Shown one piece after another: positions 56,374 through 64,000 of a stretch of DNA of 64,000 nucleotides. The position numbers and the translations under genes were made by a program. The notes beneath the pieces were generated by a model that was not told the DNA's origin, searched no databases, and saw only the letters and a list, made by a program, of their open reading frames with translations. The stretch is from positions 6,908 through 70,907 of the forward strand of contig MNDT01000003.1 in the NCBI GenBank assembly GCA_001915065.1. The letters are read 5' to 3'. Positions within the stretch are counted from its first letter, which is position 1, and each line of letters opens with the position of its first letter. Origin of the DNA: an archaeon 13_2_20CM_2_53_6. Lineage in GTDB: Archaea > Thermoproteota > Bathyarchaeia > 40CM-2-53-6.

Positions 56374-57435
56374 ATGTTCTATATTGACGGAGATGCAACG
56401 CAGAGGATTAGTTTGCCCCGGCTAGAAATGGTTTTGCTGGCCGTTTCCATCATCATACTCTCGCTCCCAGTAGTCGTCCATTACGAGGCGGTCGCCGACA
56501 CATTGGATGCTCAAATGGCCACATACTTACTATCATCTGCCCATGTCGACGCCGATCATCATCAGTGCAATCCTAATGGCCGCTCAGATTACAGTATAAT
56601 CGATTTGCAAACGAATCCTTCCAACGGCAACCGTCCCAATTCCCAGTGCATCCCGATTTTTAACATATTATTGAGTCAGAATAACCTGACGCTAATTCAG
56701 GGCTCCCGCCGCTCGCTAAGTGTTTTTCTAAGCACCGCCTCTGAGTTCTCCCCGCCCATCAACCTATCTGCGGAATCAGTGCCTGCAGGCGTCGAGGTTC
56801 TTTTCGCTCCTTCTTCTGGAAGATCAGCGTTTTCGTCGGTGGTGACAATCTTTGCTAGTGCTCAAGCAGTTTTAGGATTGTCAGAAGTGGCGGTTGTAGC
56901 TAGAGTAATGGGGATCGAAAAGTCGGCCACCGTCTCTGTCTTGGTTGTCCCGGAGATTCATAACCTTGTCATCACTTCAGGCTTTGCTCCTCTAAACGCG
57001 ACCGTCGGTGGTGTAGTCGTTGTCAACGTGACAGTGGCGAATTATGGGTCTGTTTCAGAAATCTTCGACCTCCGCGAGCACGCAAACTTGACGATGGTTG
57101 CAGAGCAGAATCACCTTCTACTCGCTCCTCTCGCGCGATACACCACCTCCCTATCTTGGAACACTACGGGATTTTCAGAGGGAGTCTACAGTATAGTTGT
57201 GAACGTTCGTCCGGCCCCGGGGGAGGTCAACTTGAGCGATGAGAACTTCAATGTTGGACAACTCTCGCTTGGACCGCGGCCCACTGCTCAACCTAGTCCC
57301 ACGCCCGCCGCGCCGGGAGAGGGTCCCTCCGGGTTGTCTTATGGACGGGAGCTTGCGATCATCGTAGCACTGGGAGAGGTCATCGCGGTCCTTCTCGTCT
57401 TCGTTCGAAGAAGGTCTAGAATCTCGAAGAAATAG
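56374..57435 (+). CDS. cell-surface protein with CARDB-like domain, Pro/Thr linker and C-terminal TM anchor
   Basis: 353 aa. N-terminal signal anchor, NVTVANYGSVSE...SLSWNTTGFSEGVYSIVVNV.PAPGEVNLSDEN, PRPTAQPSPTPAAPGEG, then LAIIVALGEVIAVLLVFVRRRSR. Confidence 0.6.
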   Translation: MFYIDGDATQRISLPRLEMVLLAVSIIILSLPVVVHYEAVADTLDAQMATYLLSSAHVDADHHQCNPNGRSDYSIIDLQTNPSNGNRPNSQCIPIFNILLSQNNLTLIQGSRRSLSVFLSTASEFSPPINLSAESVPAGVEVLFAPSSGRSAFSSVVTIFASAQAVLGLSEVAVVARVMGIEKSATVSVLVVPEIHNLVITSGFAPLNATVGGVVVVNVTVANYGSVSEIFDLREHANLTMVAEQNHLLLAPLARYTTSLSWNTTGFSEGVYSIVVNVRPAPGEVNLSDENFNVGQLSLGPRPTAQPSPTPAAPGEGPSGLSYGRELAIIVALGEVIAVLLVFVRRRSRISKK

Positions 57436-57474
57436 TGGGTTTTCAGCTAGAAGATTGCCGATGCGAGTTAGTCT

Positions 57475-59703
57475 CTAGGCGAGGCTTGCCGTTAGTGATT
57501 TCTTGTCGTAGCCCAGGGGTAAGAGTAGGTTTGCAGCAGAAGAGATCAGAAGGCCGACGTATCCTTGAAGGTTGATAACTGTGTTATCGTCCACAAGTTC
57601 TGGTGGAGCAGCTGTGGTCATAGTTCTATTTGAACTGTCGATGGTCATGACGTAGCTTACTTGCTGTCCCGCATGAACTGATCCTCCCTCATTTTTGAGG
57701 AGCTGTGCTGCGATGGCCTGGAGTACTTTGTGAGAATACTCGCCAGGGTTCTTGCTCAAACTTCTTGTTATTACAAGTTCTTCGAGAGGAACGCTGTTGC
57801 TTTGCAGTTTCGAAGCGTATTCTCTGAGAATGTCGAGGGCTTGGGGGACTAGGGTTTTGAATTCTCGGGAATCGTCGGCAGTAGATAGAATAGCCAGCAT
57901 GTCTCTCTGGCACTTTCTGACTATCTCCGGAGTGTCGTGGCGTCGGAGGTCTATTCCTCTAACTCTTAAGGTCCGGTTCTGGAAGATGCCATAGTATCTG
58001 TTGAGGACTTGCGCTTGCGGGTCTGTCTTGGAGTCGAGAAAGACTATCCATTTGTATTGGCCCTCAAAGCTCAACGGAATACGAAGATCTCTTTGCAACA
58101 ATTCACATAACGCCTCATAATCCGCTGCTGTAGCTTCAGGTCTTGAAAGCCACATAGAGTCGACAATTCCATGGACTAGCTTGAAGCCGTGGGCTTGGGC
58201 TAAAGCCACAGCACGGTCGAGGAATACTCGGGAGAAGGCGCATGTTGCAATGTGCGCATCTATTTTGCCGAAACGAGCATTCTTGAATCCTAGGTATCCG
58301 AATGAGCAGACAAGTATCCATTTGAGGGCTGACTGGCGTTGATCGAACTTATCTCTTAGCTGTTCGTCTTTTATTTCTCTTTTTTGCTTCTTGTAGCTCC
58401 TGCGTCTTCTTAGAAGAATATCTAGCGACTGTGGAACGATGCCTATCTGTCTGCCGCAGATATTGTAGTCTAGTTCTGGGACGCGAGAGCGTGGTGTGAG
58501 ACAGCATTTGCAGTTGACCGTTTCTCCGCTCAGGTTCTTGTCTCGCATTAAGGTCGGGTAGAGGCTTGTGAAATCCAGTTCTCCAACCTGGTCGTGTATT
58601 CCTGTTGCTGGTCCGTAGATGAAACCTCCCCGGTCTGCATTGACAAGTTCCTCGCTGTCTTTCAATTCTTCAGGCTGGTTCTTGTTCCATGGTATGAGAA
58701 CTTCTTTTTTGAAAGCATGGTAGAGTTGTAGGCTCGTCATGTTGGTGCCGATCGTGGCCCTACTAGCGCGCTGAATTGGAATGATGCATGTCCGAGATAT
58801 TTCGAAGAGTCCTTCTAGTCCACAGTCGGCGCTGATGAACGCGTTATGCCCATCAATGTGCAGTCTGCCTAGCAGTCGAGCGGCAGTTTCGCGGTAGAGG
58901 ATTTTCCCGTAGGAGAAGTATGAGTGGCCCTGAACCTCGTATACTCTGAGCGGTGAAGGGTCGCGGCCGAGAATCAGCCTGTCGAGCATTCCGTTTTCAT
59001 GGGCGCGTCTAGCAAGGTAGGGGAAGATGAATGAGTCTCCACCTTCCGTAATGACAATATCAGGATCGGCTTCTCTGAAGCAATCAACAAGACCGAGAAT
59101 CTTCTCTCCTTCGCTGCCAGAGTCTATTGTGAAAGCCTCACCATCATCATGTTTGATTTGGAGAGAGCCTAGCTCATCCTCAAAGGTTCGGATTTTCCTG
59201 GTTTTCCTTGTCTTGACTTCTAGTCGGATTTCTCGGAGAGTCGGCAGCTTGTAATCAATTGTTTCCCTCGAGTCTCGCAGATTCCACTGAACTTCATCAT
59301 CCTTCTCATCAGCTTCGACTAGGGCTAAGGGAAAGAGGTCTTTCTGGTAGAGGTAGACTTGGGGAGAGGGAATGTCGACATCGTAGAGGCGGAAACGGGA
59401 GTATTTGCCTTCTCTCTGTATTCTGTTCGCAAGCTTCGCTGCCTCATCGTCAGTTTCAACTTCTATTTCGAGGACTCTGGTTTTTTCGATATCGCCTGCT
59501 CTCTCAAACTTGTCGACAAAGTGGCACTGTTCGATGTATGACTTGCAAGCTAGGTCCACGAGCTCTCGATAGTTTCCTCCTACGTGCAGCTTTGGCTTCC
59601 ATCTGTCGATGAGCCTTACGCATCTTCCGTCAGGTTTTTTCAGCCAGACTACCATATAGCCGGGCTTGTGATAGAGATCGAGGATCCAGCCCAGATGTTT
59701 CAT
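57475..59703 (-). CDS. polB: family-B DNA polymerase with degenerate exonuclease motifs (PolB2-like)
   Basis: ORF 57475-59802. Likely start is ATG 59703 (MKHLGWILDLY). Motif A is ELDFTSLYPT, the motif-B region is KWILVCSFGYLG and the motif-C region is LVHGIVDSMW. Confidence 0.9.
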   Translation of the reverse strand: MKHLGWILDLYHKPGYMVVWLKKPDGRCVRLIDRWKPKLHVGGNYRELVDLACKSYIEQCHFVDKFERAGDIEKTRVLEIEVETDDEAAKLANRIQREGKYSRFRLYDVDIPSPQVYLYQKDLFPLALVEADEKDDEVQWNLRDSRETIDYKLPTLREIRLEVKTRKTRKIRTFEDELGSLQIKHDDGEAFTIDSGSEGEKILGLVDCFREADPDIVITEGGDSFIFPYLARRAHENGMLDRLILGRDPSPLRVYEVQGHSYFSYGKILYRETAARLLGRLHIDGHNAFISADCGLEGLFEISRTCIIPIQRASRATIGTNMTSLQLYHAFKKEVLIPWNKNQPEELKDSEELVNADRGGFIYGPATGIHDQVGELDFTSLYPTLMRDKNLSGETVNCKCCLTPRSRVPELDYNICGRQIGIVPQSLDILLRRRRSYKKQKREIKDEQLRDKFDQRQSALKWILVCSFGYLGFKNARFGKIDAHIATCAFSRVFLDRAVALAQAHGFKLVHGIVDSMWLSRPEATAADYEALCELLQRDLRIPLSFEGQYKWIVFLDSKTDPQAQVLNRYYGIFQNRTLRVRGIDLRRHDTPEIVRKCQRDMLAILSTADDSREFKTLVPQALDILREYASKLQSNSVPLEELVITRSLSKNPGEYSHKVLQAIAAQLLKNEGGSVHAGQQVSYVMTIDSSNRTMTTAAPPELVDDNTVINLQGYVGLLISSAANLLLPLGYDKKSLTASLA

Positions 59704-59859
59704 CAAGTAATCATGCTGGGTATCCTCTCTTTCGAGAAATTCAGAAGAGAAATGTGAAGAGTGAATGTGAAAGAATTGCGAAACAGCGAGTAACGTGCAC
59801 AATCGTTCCTAGAAGTCTTTCATACGAGTAGACTCCTACTACCAGAACCGTCGTAACGT

Positions 59860-60780
59860 GTGGCGAGGATGGGAGAAGCTCAGGGTCCGAAGAGAACAGG
59901 TAAGTTGCCTGAGTTCGACAAGCTGTGGGACTATGCTCACCCGGACATTAGCGAGCAGAGGTTCCGTGAGCTTCTTCCAAGGGCGTTAGACTCGCTCGAC
60001 CTTTCCTATCTTGCACAGCTCCTAACGCAGATAGCGAGGGCGGAGGGCTTGCAGCGCAAGTTTGAGGATGCTCACAAGACTCTGGATCGAGTCGACAAGG
60101 CGCTGCCAAAAACTGATGGCAGGACGCTGATCAGGTATCTGCTGGAACGTGGAAGGGTCTATAATTCTTCGGGGAGTGTTGACGATGCGAAGCGTTTGTT
60201 TCTTCAGGCGTTTGACTTGGCGGTCAAGTCGAAGGAGGACTTTTACGCGGTGGATGCTGCTCACATGGTGGCGATTGTCGAATCGCCGGAGAACCAGTTG
60301 GAGTGGAATCTGAAAGCTCTGGATCTGGCCGAGAATTCCCTGGATGAAAGGGCGAGAAACTGGAAGGGTAGTCTCTATAACAATATCGGCTGGACATACT
60401 TCGACGGGGGAGAGTTTCAAGAGGCTCTGTTCATGTTCGAGAAGGCTCTGGAGTTTCGAAGACAACAAGGCGATCCGGTCAGCATTGGGGTTGCAAGGTG
60501 GTGTGTTGGCAAGACGCTTAGGATGATGGGCCATACCGAGGAGGCGCTTGAGATACAGCAGGAGCTTTTTCAGGAATATCAGTCCGCGGGTCGGAAGAGC
60601 GGGTTTGTCTATGAGGAGATTGCTGAATGCCTCGTGCTCCTGGGAAGAGAGCAAGAAGCTCAAGACTGGTTTGCAGCAGCTTACGGCGAGCTTTCGAAGG
60701 ACCCGTCTGTCGCGAACGACCGGGATCGTTTGATTAGGCTGAAGACCTTGGGGAAGGTCGGCCTGTCGGAACAGTATTAG
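59860..60780 (+). CDS. tetratricopeptide-repeat (TPR) protein
   Basis: 306 aa with repeated A..F..AL...../G....A pairs (e.g. EALFMFEKALEFRRQQGD, EALEIQQELFQEYQSAG). Confidence 0.75.
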   Translation: MARMGEAQGPKRTGKLPEFDKLWDYAHPDISEQRFRELLPRALDSLDLSYLAQLLTQIARAEGLQRKFEDAHKTLDRVDKALPKTDGRTLIRYLLERGRVYNSSGSVDDAKRLFLQAFDLAVKSKEDFYAVDAAHMVAIVESPENQLEWNLKALDLAENSLDERARNWKGSLYNNIGWTYFDGGEFQEALFMFEKALEFRRQQGDPVSIGVARWCVGKTLRMMGHTEEALEIQQELFQEYQSAGRKSGFVYEEIAECLVLLGREQEAQDWFAAAYGELSKDPSVANDRDRLIRLKTLGKVGLSEQY

Positions 60781-60784
60781 TTGC

Positions 60785-61789
60785 TTACTGGGAGTATCCT
60801 GCTAGTGTTGGATTGTCTAGTGGCACTTCTGTATCCTTCTCTGGTATGAAGGGGTGGCGGGAGACGGTGAGCTTTGTGTAGGCGCCTCTGTCTTTGAGAG
60901 TGGCGGAAACATGGGCTGTGCGAGTGAGCGCGTCTTCCATGGTCTTGCTTCTCGCCTTCAGATTGGTGATTAGGATCAGAATATTTCTTGCCTCTGCGGT
61001 TGTTGCTAGGAACCGTATGCCTTTGCGGAAAATGTCAAGGGATTCTTTCTTGTCGCGTACGTCTGGGTCGCAGAAGAGCGCTGTGATGTCAGAGACTACT
61101 GTCAGCCTTGCCTTGTACTCGTCTAAGGCTGAGGCCAGCTTGTCTATTATGAGGTTGTAGACTTGATGGTGTGTGAAGGCTCTGCTGAGATGGATGCGTT
61201 CATGAACTCTCTCTTCGTCCAACTCGAGGTTGGTGATGTGTTGAGAGATGGTGTACGTGTCGAATAGGTTTCCTGCGTCTATGAAGACGACATCGCTGTT
61301 CAAGCCTCTTGGTGGTGGGAGTGTTGCCCTAACGCAGAGTAGGAGTGAGAGAGCGTTGGAAGGCTCGCCCTGGAGGAAAACCAGTTGGCCTTTTTTTAGA
61401 ATCAGTATCTTGTCTATCGCTTCTATTCCGGTTGTTATGCTGGGCTGGAGGTCTCTTGGTAGACTGTTTCCTCTCCGGGTTTGGTGTTCGAGAGGATCGT
61501 CTGGCTCTAGGAGTATCTCCGCGTCCGGGCACTTTAGGTTGGTGAGGAGTCGTCTCCCCGGTGGGAGAATTGAGGGTCTACAACCTAGGACTTTGTCGAG
61601 TTCGAGGCTGCATCCGGGGCAGGTGTTGTTGAAGATTATCTGTATTTTTTGGGGGTTGATCTGGTGCTTGGAGAGGATGAGTGCCTCATCGCATAGGACA
61701 CAGTGGTAGAGGTAGCCTTCGATCCCGTTCGTAGCGTCTAGTTGCCAGGTCTTTGGCTGTAGAGGTTCGATGGTGCTATGTGTCTGCAT
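60785..61789 (-). CDS. RadA/RadB-like RecA-fold paralog with N-terminal 4-Cys zinc ribbon and no Walker A lysine
   Basis: 334 aa. HCVLCDE...TCPGCS, TTGIEAIDKIL..KGQLVFLQGEPSNALSLLL (P-loop position), VVFIDAGNLFD, RLTVVSDITALF and NILILITNL. Lies 24 bp downstream of radA on the same strand. Confidence 0.7.
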   Translation of the reverse strand: MQTHSTIEPLQPKTWQLDATNGIEGYLYHCVLCDEALILSKHQINPQKIQIIFNNTCPGCSLELDKVLGCRPSILPPGRRLLTNLKCPDAEILLEPDDPLEHQTRRGNSLPRDLQPSITTGIEAIDKILILKKGQLVFLQGEPSNALSLLLCVRATLPPPRGLNSDVVFIDAGNLFDTYTISQHITNLELDEERVHERIHLSRAFTHHQVYNLIIDKLASALDEYKARLTVVSDITALFCDPDVRDKKESLDIFRKGIRFLATTAEARNILILITNLKARSKTMEDALTRTAHVSATLKDRGAYTKLTVSRHPFIPEKDTEVPLDNPTLAGYSQ

Positions 61790-61813
61790 CGCGGGGTCGT
61801 TGGAATTGGGGTC

Positions 61814-62785
61814 TTAGTCGTCGCGTCGGTTCTTTGGTGCTGCGTCCTCTACTCCTTTCTCTGTGATCTGGAAGTATGCTTCGGACTCTGGGAGGTAGGG
61901 AGAGTCTATGATCTTGGCTACTCTTAGTCCTTGGCTGGCTTTTTTGAGCATTACTCGGTGGGTTGAGGCGTGGGCTAGAATGTTTCCTCCTGCGGGTCGT
62001 GTGGGGTCTCCGAAGAATGCTTGTGGGTTGGCCTGGACCTGGTTTGTTATGACGACTGCTAGGTTGAGGGCTTGGGCTATTCTGAGTAGTTTGTGGAGGT
62101 GGCTGTTTAGGCGTTGTTGTCGTTCGCTGAGGGATTCTCGTCCTATGTATTCGCCTCGGAAGTGGGAGAGGATGGAGTCTACGACTAGGAGTTTGATCTT
62201 CTCTTCTTGGCAGATCTTGAATGCATGGTCGACCGTGAGGATCTGGTGGTCGCTGTTGTAGACGCGGCTGTAGATGATTCCGTCAAGGATCTTCTCGGGG
62301 TCCAGCTGCATGGCCGTGGCCATCTGGTAGACCCGCTGGGCGGCGAAGGTTCCTTCAGTGTCTATGAAGAGGACTTTGCCTTCTAGGCCACCATCTTTGG
62401 CTGGAAGCTGTGTAATGACGCTTAGCTTCATGCATATCTGGGATTTGCCTGCGCCAAATTCTCCTACGAACTCGGTTATGGCCTGGGTTTCAAGTCCGCC
62501 GCCTAGTAGCTTGTCGAGGTTGCTGCTGGCGAAGCTGAGTCTCTGGAGGTCCTTCCGTCTCTCGTAGAGCTGTTTTGCTGTTATGAAGTCTGTCTGGATT
62601 GTTTCGCGTGCTGCTCTGGAGATTTTGAGTGCGACGCTGTTTTCGAGGCCTGCTTTATCGATGAGTTCTCGGATGGGGGCTATTGCGAGGGAGGCGATCG
62701 AGTCGTAGCCTGCTTCTCGGAGCTTGTTGGCGGTTACGGGTCCGACGCCGTTCAGGTCTTGGATGTCGACTATTGCTTCTGCCAA
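61814..62785 (-). CDS. radA: DNA repair and recombination protein RadA
   Basis: 323 aa with HhH LNGVGPVTANKLREAGY, Walker A GEFGAGKSQ, VLFIDTEGTF, Walker B LLVVDS and VVITNQV. Confidence 0.95.
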   Translation of the reverse strand: MAEAIVDIQDLNGVGPVTANKLREAGYDSIASLAIAPIRELIDKAGLENSVALKISRAARETIQTDFITAKQLYERRKDLQRLSFASSNLDKLLGGGLETQAITEFVGEFGAGKSQICMKLSVITQLPAKDGGLEGKVLFIDTEGTFAAQRVYQMATAMQLDPEKILDGIIYSRVYNSDHQILTVDHAFKICQEEKIKLLVVDSILSHFRGEYIGRESLSERQQRLNSHLHKLLRIAQALNLAVVITNQVQANPQAFFGDPTRPAGGNILAHASTHRVMLKKASQGLRVAKIIDSPYLPESEAYFQITEKGVEDAAPKNRRDD

Positions 62786-63688
62786 TGACTATCTGTTCTG
62801 ACGGTTGGTTGGGTCTGGGCTTATCTCTCGATGTGAGGAGTGAAAGTAATCATGCCCTTTTCGGGAATCCACCCATTCGTTTCTTGCATGACTGATTGTT
62901 TCCAAAGAGCTGGTTTGTGTCGCGGGAATTTTTTTATTTCTAAATTCCTGGCGGGGTCCTTTCGCCATTTGAAACGTTTCTGGGCGAGATTATCGGTTTG
63001 TGTTGCAGAACGGGCTTGTCGGCTGTTTTCAGTAGTTGCTGCGTGGCGGCCCTCCAAGCGTGCGAAACCAGCCGCGTGGGACCCCCCTCCCCGATTGCTG
63101 ATCCGGGCTTATTCTGGGCGATTTTCCAGATCCGATACTCTCCCAAAGAGCTCTTCTGTGTCGCGAGGGTCTACGCTTTCTTGATTTCTTGGATGGTAAC
63201 GGGCTTGGTAACGGTGGATGGCAACGGTGGGAGGGGTGTTGTGCTCGGTTGTCGGTGTTGTCTTCTGGTCGGGGTTTGGATGGTTCCTCGGTGGTGGGAC
63301 GTGCCTTGTTGGAGCTTGTTATGGTTCGCCAGGAGAGAGGGTCGGAGCATCTTCATCCTCGTGGGATCGGAGATCAGCCTCGCCTGGGACTCATCCGTTA
63401 CTACTTTGACGGCTAGCGGTCTCGGGTGGACAGGTTGGTAGTAAGAGACTCTCCCGGTTAATCGTGGTCTTGTCGGGTTGGAAGTGCTTGATGGTATCCA
63501 AAAATCGGGTGAATTCGTCTCTCCGACCTCGGATATCCTTGGATAAAAGTCGAAAGAACGCTCTCACCGGCTAGACGCATGTAAGCCAAACACTATATCA
63601 GCGGACCCAAGATTCGAAAAATTGGTCCTTCCATCTTGGTCATGCACCGGTATCAGGCGAAAACGGGTTCGAAATTGGTCGCGCCTAT

Positions 63689-64000
63689 TTGAGTAACATT
63701 AGAACTAGGAATAGCCTGATTAGTCTTTTTGCTATTACTCTGCTGCTAGTTTCGACATCCTCAGTACTTGCGCCAGCTCTAATGATTTCGAGTAGCCATG
63801 CAGGAACAGCCAGAGCTAATCCCACTATCCGGAATCCTGGAGTTAGCAACCGGGCTGTAGTCTTTTCGCCACCACTCTTCGCGTCTATGACGAACGAGGT
63901 AGCATCTAATGTTGATACGTCGAATAGCCTGGTTGCGCTACAATCGCCTCTATCGGCCGATTTTTCATTCCCAACTACAAACCTGGTTGCTGGCCAGGCG
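63689..64000 (+). CDS. partial secreted/membrane-anchored protein (N-terminus only; runs off the window end)
   Basis: Not in the ORF track. TTG 63689 opens a frame that stays open to 64000: (M)SNIRTRNSLISLFAITLLLVSTSSVLAPALMISSSHAGTARANP..., a signal-peptide-like N-terminus. Confidence 0.4.
   Translation, partial: MSNIRTRNSLISLFAITLLLVSTSSVLAPALMISSSHAGTARANPTIRNPGVSNRAVVFSPPLFASMTNEVASNVDTSNSLVALQSPLSADFSFPTTNLVAGQA

Noticed and set aside
62821-63441. Cluster of 60-147-aa ORFs on both strands upstream of radA
   Set aside because: The ORFs overlap one another and have low-complexity, non-protein-like sequences with no motif. The region is treated as non-coding and reported as an ORF-free tract instead.
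1-64000. CRISPR arrays, IS elements and rRNA genes
   Set aside because: No regularly spaced direct repeats, no transposase or integrase-like ORFs with terminal inverted repeats, and no rRNA-like sequence were seen.

Overview
A 64-kb chromosomal segment of an archaeon. Archaeal markers are Alba, Cdc48/VAT, RadA, an Hjc-like resolvase, a family-B DNA polymerase, UPF0147/UPF0148 proteins, intron-containing tRNAs and TATA-box promoters close to start codons. Two neighbouring tRNA genes each carry two introns, which suggests a TACK/Thermoproteota-type lineage; the exact taxon cannot be set from sequence alone. Accessory content looks like a soil or sediment heterotroph: AKR, SDR, arylamine N-acetyltransferase, F420/DDN-type reductase, GH15, VOC, MFS and SnoaL-like genes. 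About 75 genes are supported. Main blocks: (1) 1-21 kb, redox and small-molecule enzymes, metal and phosphate transporters, and ArsR-Trx and NikR modules. (2) 21-27 kb, KaiC-like ATPases and effector-domain regulators. (3) 27-35 kb, pstSCAB-phoU with a SagB-type dehydrogenase and an AbrB-PhoU regulator. (4) 35-42 kb, GH15, GNAT, CPA2 antiporter and a DtxR-family regulator/mntH pair. (5) 42-54 kb, tRNA-Leu, Alba, Cdc48, an Hjc-like gene, a MoxR/DUF58/DUF4129 operon and tmk. (6) 54-63 kb, two double-intron tRNAs, a PolB with degenerate exonuclease and motif-C residues, a TPR protein, and radA with a co-oriented RadA paralog that has a zinc ribbon and no Walker A. That paralog is the best candidate for an undescribed module. 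Main caveat: at least 11 reading-frame breaks in 9 genes all have the same polarity, as if one base were missing from the assembly, and 3 sit in homopolymers. Many apparent pseudogenes may therefore be assembly artefacts. No CRISPR array, IS element, integrase or rRNA was seen. Several unusually long ORF-free tracts remain unexplained (37.6-38.1, 42.7-43.05, 43.4-43.9, 53.6-54.2 and 62.8-63.7 kb).
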